64,000 nucleotides of DNA from Chitinophaga pinensis. Its GTDB lineage: Bacteria > Bacteroidota > Bacteroidia > UBA7662. Position 1 is the first letter of the stretch; the number at the start of each line of letters is the position of its first letter. This document shows, piece after piece, positions 59,458-64,000 of this stretch. Location: NCBI GenBank assembly GCA_945874665.1, contig CAMCHJ010000004.1, positions 1,169 through 65,168 of the forward strand, in the 5' to 3' direction. The notes beneath the pieces are model-generated. The model saw only the letters and a program-made list of their open reading frames with translations. It did not search any database and was not told where the DNA came from. Position numbers and translations under genes: made by a program.

Positions 59458-59496
59458 GCGTTTTAATTACTTTTGTTGCAAAAGTACTGAATTCTT

Positions 59497-60264
59497 TTGC
59501 ATAACGACAGCGCATCCTTTTTACGCATCGGCCACGAGCTGCTGCAGGTAGAAGAAACCTCGAGCACCAACGACCTCCTGTGGAGCAAGGTGGAGCAGGG
59601 TTTACCCGATGGTGCGGCGGTGCAGGCAGCTTTTCAGTTCAATGGCAAAGGTCAAGCAGGGGCAGGTTGGCAAAGCGAGGCAGGCGCGAATATTTTATTG
59701 AGCTTTTATTTGAAGACTGGTTTTTTAGCTGCCAGCAACCAATTTCAGCTGAATATGGCGGTTGCTTTGGCCTTGAGCGATTTTGGGAAACTGTATTTGG
59801 GTAAGCAAGTGAAGCTTAAATGGCCGAATGATTTGTATTACAATGATAAAAAATGGGGCGGTGTGCTCATCGAAAACACCATCCAAGGCAATTTTTTATG
59901 CGATTCGGTGGTGGGCATTGGTCTCAACATCAACCAAACCTATTTTTCAAGCGAATTATCGCAGGCGGCCTCTTTTGCCACCATCACAGGCAATTATTAC
60001 AAGCTCCCTGATCTCCTCGACGGGCTTTTTGGCTTTTTAAATCGGCGTTTGTCGGCTTTAAAGACCGGTGCTCATTTTTCGCAACGCCGCGAATACCTCG
60101 AACGCCTGCTGGGTTTGGGTGAAAAGCGTATGTTTGAGTATCAAAACCAATTGCTGCACGCTACCATCGTAGATGTTGATGCGGAAGGCAGGCTGGTACT
60201 CGACAGCGCAATAGGGAGGATGGTAATGAACAACAAAGAAATTAAATTCCGTTTTGATGGCTAA
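59497..60264 (+). CDS. birA: biotin--[acetyl-CoA-carboxylase] ligase
   Basis: KWPNDLYYNDKKWGGVLIE and GIGLN motifs. The ORF begins with TTG at 59497, and there is no in-frame ATG near the 5-prime end. Confidence 0.7.
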   Translation: MHNDSASFLRIGHELLQVEETSSTNDLLWSKVEQGLPDGAAVQAAFQFNGKGQAGAGWQSEAGANILLSFYLKTGFLAASNQFQLNMAVALALSDFGKLYLGKQVKLKWPNDLYYNDKKWGGVLIENTIQGNFLCDSVVGIGLNINQTYFSSELSQAASFATITGNYYKLPDLLDGLFGFLNRRLSALKTGAHFSQRREYLERLLGLGEKRMFEYQNQLLHATIVDVDAEGRLVLDSAIGRMVMNNKEIKFRFDG

Positions 60265-60970
60265 GCTGCAATATGTACTCGATGCAGGTAATACCCGCCT
60301 CAAAATCGGCCGTTTTGAAGGAGGAAATTTGGTGCAGGTGGAGGCCTTTGCCTTGGCCGATTGGCAGCAATACCGGCTGCCATTTCCTGCTCCTGCAGCT
60401 GCCCTGGCGTCGGTAAGTGTGCCCGAAGCCGATTTAGAAGTCTGGCTTCGCGAGCAGGGGGTGGAACGGGTGCTGCGTTTTGACCCCAGCGTGCCGGTGC
60501 CTTTTGACAGTGCTTATACCAGCCCTGAAACCCTCGGCAGCGACCGGAAAATGTTGATTTTGGGAGCTTTAAGCCGCTTTCCTGCCTGCAACCGCTTGCT
60601 TATTGGCATGGGTAGCTGCCTTACCTATGATTTGTTAACGGCTCAAGATTTACATTTGGGCGGCGATATCAGTCCGGGCATGCACATGCGCTGGCGTGCC
60701 ATGCACGAATTTACGGCCCGCTTGCCGCTGGTTACCGAACCCGAGCCGCTGCAGTGTTACGGTACCAACACCCTATCGGCCCTGCGCAGCGGTGTGGTGC
60801 AGGGCATGGTGGCCGAAATACAGGGCAGGATTAGGCAGTTGGAGCACGAAATACCAAACTTAACGATTATTTTAACTGGTGGTGACGCTCATTTTTTTGA
60901 AAAGCAGATCAATAGCCCCATATTTGCCGAGCCAAATTTGGCGTTATATGGCCTACATGCCTTACTTTAA
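60254..60970 (+). CDS. coaX: type III pantothenate kinase
   Basis: LDAGNTRLKIG N-terminal motif and GSDR region. Confidence 0.85.
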   Translation: MMAKLQYVLDAGNTRLKIGRFEGGNLVQVEAFALADWQQYRLPFPAPAAALASVSVPEADLEVWLREQGVERVLRFDPSVPVPFDSAYTSPETLGSDRKMLILGALSRFPACNRLLIGMGSCLTYDLLTAQDLHLGGDISPGMHMRWRAMHEFTARLPLVTEPEPLQCYGTNTLSALRSGVVQGMVAEIQGRIRQLEHEIPNLTIILTGGDAHFFEKQINSPIFAEPNLALYGLHALL

Positions 60971-62279
60971 GAAATATCTTTTGCGATTTTACACGGCATT
61001 AGTGCTGTTTTTTGCCTTTTCTGTCCATCAAGCCGCTGCGCAGGCCGAAAATTATGGCTCTCCGTACTCACGTTTTGGCTTGGGCGACCAACAGCCCTTG
61101 TCACTGGCTCACCACCGCGCCATGGGTGGCATCACCACCACTACCTACGACAGCGCTTCGCTTAATCTGGGGAATGCTGCCTCTTTGTCAGATCTCAAAT
61201 TAACAACCATCGAGTTTGGCGCCATTGGTAATATCGCCAATATTGCTACCAATTCGGCCTCTCAATACCGTTCTAACTTTAATTTTGGCTATTTGATGCT
61301 GGGCTTCCCCGTTAACAAACGCTGGGGAACGGCCATCGGCTTTCAGCCGTATTCTTTTACCAATTATAATTTGGTATCGAACGTTGATTCTGCTTTCCTT
61401 AGCTGGCGCGAAGAATACAACGGACGCGGTGGCCTCAATCAATTGAGCTGGAGCAACGGGGTGCATGTGGGCGGCGGCTTTCATTTGGGGGTGACAGCAA
61501 CGTATTTGTTTGGTACCATCAACCAAGAGCGCTCGTTTATTTTTCCTTTTCAAGACTCTTTGTTTTTGTTCAATGTCCGTAATTCCGACAAATTGAGGAT
61601 CAACGATGTGCAATTCAGTTTTGGCTTGCAGTACCGCAAAACCTTCAAGCTCAAGCCAGGCCAAACTCAAAAAAAATCAATTGCTTTTGGTGTAGTAGCT
61701 GAGCTGCCAAGTGCGCTCAATGCTTCGAATAGTTTTGTTTCAGAGCGCTTTACATTGGTTGGCAACTCCATTCGGGTGCGCGATACAGTTTCAAACCAAT
61801 CGGATGTTGGTGGTACGGTGCAATTGCCGTGGGCATTGTCGGCAGGCTTTCAATACAGCATCGATAACAAGCTGTTGATGGCGGTGGAGGCAAAATATAC
61901 CAATTGGACCGATTTCAGTCAGTTTGGCCGTCCCGATTCCATGCAAAACAGTCTACAGTTCGCCGCAGGCATGCAATACACGCCTAAATACAATGCCATT
62001 GGGGATGGTTCAGGCTGGAAAACAATCCGCTACCGGGCAGGCGTACGCTACAACAGCGGGGCTTTGGTGCTCAAGGGACAAGCGATCAGCGAACTTGGCA
62101 TGACCTTTGGTGTTGGTATTCCATTGAAGCGTCCTTACGCCATGCCGTACATGAATGTAACAGGTGAAATTGGACAAAGAGGCGATGTTTCAAATGGCTT
62201 GGTACGCGAAAGGTATACCCGAATAACGGTAGGGTTCACGCTCAACGACCGTTGGTTTATTAAAAGAAAATACGATTAA
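60957..62279 (+). CDS. hypothetical outer membrane beta-barrel protein
   Basis: Signal peptide ...FAFSVHQAAAQA. About 440 aa, rich in Gly/Asn/Ser/aromatic beta-strand pattern. Confidence 0.5.
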   Translation: MPYFKKYLLRFYTALVLFFAFSVHQAAAQAENYGSPYSRFGLGDQQPLSLAHHRAMGGITTTTYDSASLNLGNAASLSDLKLTTIEFGAIGNIANIATNSASQYRSNFNFGYLMLGFPVNKRWGTAIGFQPYSFTNYNLVSNVDSAFLSWREEYNGRGGLNQLSWSNGVHVGGGFHLGVTATYLFGTINQERSFIFPFQDSLFLFNVRNSDKLRINDVQFSFGLQYRKTFKLKPGQTQKKSIAFGVVAELPSALNASNSFVSERFTLVGNSIRVRDTVSNQSDVGGTVQLPWALSAGFQYSIDNKLLMAVEAKYTNWTDFSQFGRPDSMQNSLQFAAGMQYTPKYNAIGDGSGWKTIRYRAGVRYNSGALVLKGQAISELGMTFGVGIPLKRPYAMPYMNVTGEIGQRGDVSNGLVRERYTRITVGFTLNDRWFIKRKYD

Positions 62280-62289
62280 AAATAAAGTC

Positions 62290-63630
62290 ATGAAGAAGAT
62301 GAAAAATTGGATGAAAGCAGCTCTGATGCTGGTAGTTTTTGGAGCAGCAGGCACTACCCAAGCGCAGGCCCAAATCACTGCCGGATGCGAACAGAAGTGG
62401 GGGCCGGATAGCGTAAAAACCATCCAAAATATTTCGGTTTATCGCGAATTTTTTAAGCAAAAAAACTATGCTTCTGCTTTGGAAGCTTGGACTTATGTTT
62501 TCCAAAATGCCCCTTGTTCCCGTGAGCAAACCCACGTAGATGGTGTGGCCATGTACAAGAGTTTTTTAGCCAACACCAAAGACCCCAAGCGTAAGCAGGA
62601 ATTGGTGGATACGGTGCTGCTCATTTATGACGTGCGTGCCGCCAATTTCCAAAAAAGCGCAGGTAGCGCCCTAGGTCGCAAAGGGGTAGACATGTTGAAT
62701 TTCCGTCCCGAACCCAACACCGCCATACTCAAAACCTTTGAGCATGCCGTTGCTTTGGGAGGCAATGAAACTGAGTCTTTTGTATTGTCATACTACTTTA
62801 AGGTAGCGTTGAAGGAGTTTTCAGGTGGCGGACTTACCAAGGAGCAAGTCATTGCCATTTATGAAAAGCTCTCAAAAATTGCTGATTACAACATCGCTGC
62901 CAATCAGAGTGCGGATAAATTTATCGAAAGCAAGCAAAGCTTAGATGGCGATTTGGCTGGTAACATCATCAAAGACTGTGACGAAATCATCACCCTTTTT
63001 GAGGGCAAGTACAAGGCCGACAAAACCAACAAAGACCTCCGTGATTTGATTTACAGTTTGCTGCTCAGCAAAGGGTGTTCCGACAAAGACCTCTTCATGG
63101 AAGTGGCTACTGCCAAGTACAACGAAGCCCCAAATGCCCGTTTGGCACACATTTTAGCGCGCAAACTCCAGCAAAGCGACAATGTAGCCAAGGCCGCCGA
63201 TTTTTACCAGAAGGCCATTGAAGGAGCCGAAAACGATTCTATCAAAGCCCAATACAATTACGATTTTGCCACTTTATACAGCAGCAACAAGCAGTTTTCA
63301 AGGGCCCGTCAGTTGGCACAAGAAGCCGCGCGTTTGCAGCCACGTTGGGGCAAGCCACTCGTTTTCATCGGTGATTTGTATGCCGCCAGCTACAGTCAGT
63401 GTGGCAGCGGCATCGATGCCCAAGCGGTATACTGGGCCGCCGTTGACAAATACCAGCGCGCCAAAAACATAGATCCAAGCGTTGCTGAGGAAGCCACTAC
63501 CAAGATCAACAAATACGCAGGCTACTTCCCTTTAAAAGAAAATCTCTTCTTCGCAGGCATTACCCCAGGCAGCAGCTTCAGCGTAGGTTGTTGGATTGGC
63601 GAAAGCACTACGGTTAGAAGTTCCGACTAA
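62290..63630 (+). CDS. hypothetical secreted protein (helical, TPR-like)
   Basis: Signal peptide MKKMKNWMKAALMLVVFGAAGTTQAQAQ. All-helical repeats. Confidence 0.5.
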   Translation: MKKMKNWMKAALMLVVFGAAGTTQAQAQITAGCEQKWGPDSVKTIQNISVYREFFKQKNYASALEAWTYVFQNAPCSREQTHVDGVAMYKSFLANTKDPKRKQELVDTVLLIYDVRAANFQKSAGSALGRKGVDMLNFRPEPNTAILKTFEHAVALGGNETESFVLSYYFKVALKEFSGGGLTKEQVIAIYEKLSKIADYNIAANQSADKFIESKQSLDGDLAGNIIKDCDEIITLFEGKYKADKTNKDLRDLIYSLLLSKGCSDKDLFMEVATAKYNEAPNARLAHILARKLQQSDNVAKAADFYQKAIEGAENDSIKAQYNYDFATLYSSNKQFSRARQLAQEAARLQPRWGKPLVFIGDLYAASYSQCGSGIDAQAVYWAAVDKYQRAKNIDPSVAEEATTKINKYAGYFPLKENLFFAGITPGSSFSVGCWIGESTTVRSSD

Positions 63631-63634
63631 ATCA

Positions 63635-64000
63635 ATGCGCCTCCTGTTTGTATGGTTGCCAGTGTTGGCGTGGGCTTGTTCCAACTCCGACGAAAAGCTA
63701 CAGCAGTTTGTAGCAGGCAAAGAAATGCAGCAGGAAACAGGGCGCGACGTGACCCTGATCTACTCCGATTCTGCGGTAATTAAGGTACGTATCACAGCAC
63801 CGCTGCTGGTACGTACATCGGGTGAAAACCCGGTTACCGACATGCCGGAGGGGATCAGGGCCCTTTTTTTTGATGCCAATGGCCGCCAAAATAGCATCCT
63901 TACCGCCAACCGAGCTGTTCAATATCCCAACAAGGGCCTGATGGAAGCCCATGGCAATGTAGTGGTTGTAAACGAGGCCGGCGACACCATGTACACCGAA
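63635..64000 (+). CDS. lptC: LPS export protein LptC-like (3-prime end truncated by window edge)
   Basis: ATG at 63635. Lipoprotein-like N-terminus MRLLFVWLPVLAWACS followed by beta-rich sequence. Gene order birA-coaX-OMP-TPR-lptC is typical in Bacteroidota. Confidence 0.4.
   Translation, partial: MRLLFVWLPVLAWACSNSDEKLQQFVAGKEMQQETGRDVTLIYSDSAVIKVRITAPLLVRTSGENPVTDMPEGIRALFFDANGRQNSILTANRAVQYPNKGLMEAHGNVVVVNEAGDTMYTE

Overview
This window is a 64 kb chromosomal segment that looks like a Bacteroidota genome, probably Cytophagia-like, with about 50% GC. Two proteins carry C-terminal type IX secretion (T9SS) sorting domains, and a perfect Bacteroidetes TTG-N19-TAnnTTTG promoter sits in front of a tRNA-Val gene. 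Most of the window is dense core-genome housekeeping. Recognisable genes include gcvH, trhO, the Kdo transferase waaA, glgP, tdk, recA, a PBP1A, an fnr-fdx-ruvX-def operon, polA, tkt, prfA, lpxH, ftsH, rsfS, birA, coaX and lptC. There are also many envelope proteins, chaperones and secreted hydrolases. The only accessory-looking stretch runs from about 7.8 to 14.7 kb, between tRNA-Val and glgP. It contains a non-coding tandem repeat array of roughly 115 bp units directly after tRNA-Val. It also contains a solitary PD-(D/E)XK Rpn-family putative transposase preceded by four helically phased CAAAC repeats, plus loosely connected oxidoreductase and hydrolase genes. I found no CRISPR array, no rRNA, and no recognisable multi-gene defence or secretion system. 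The findings below are curiosities within a mostly ordinary region, and I cannot point with confidence to a novel system. All calls rest on reading the six-frame translations and the raw sequence by eye; no database searches were possible.
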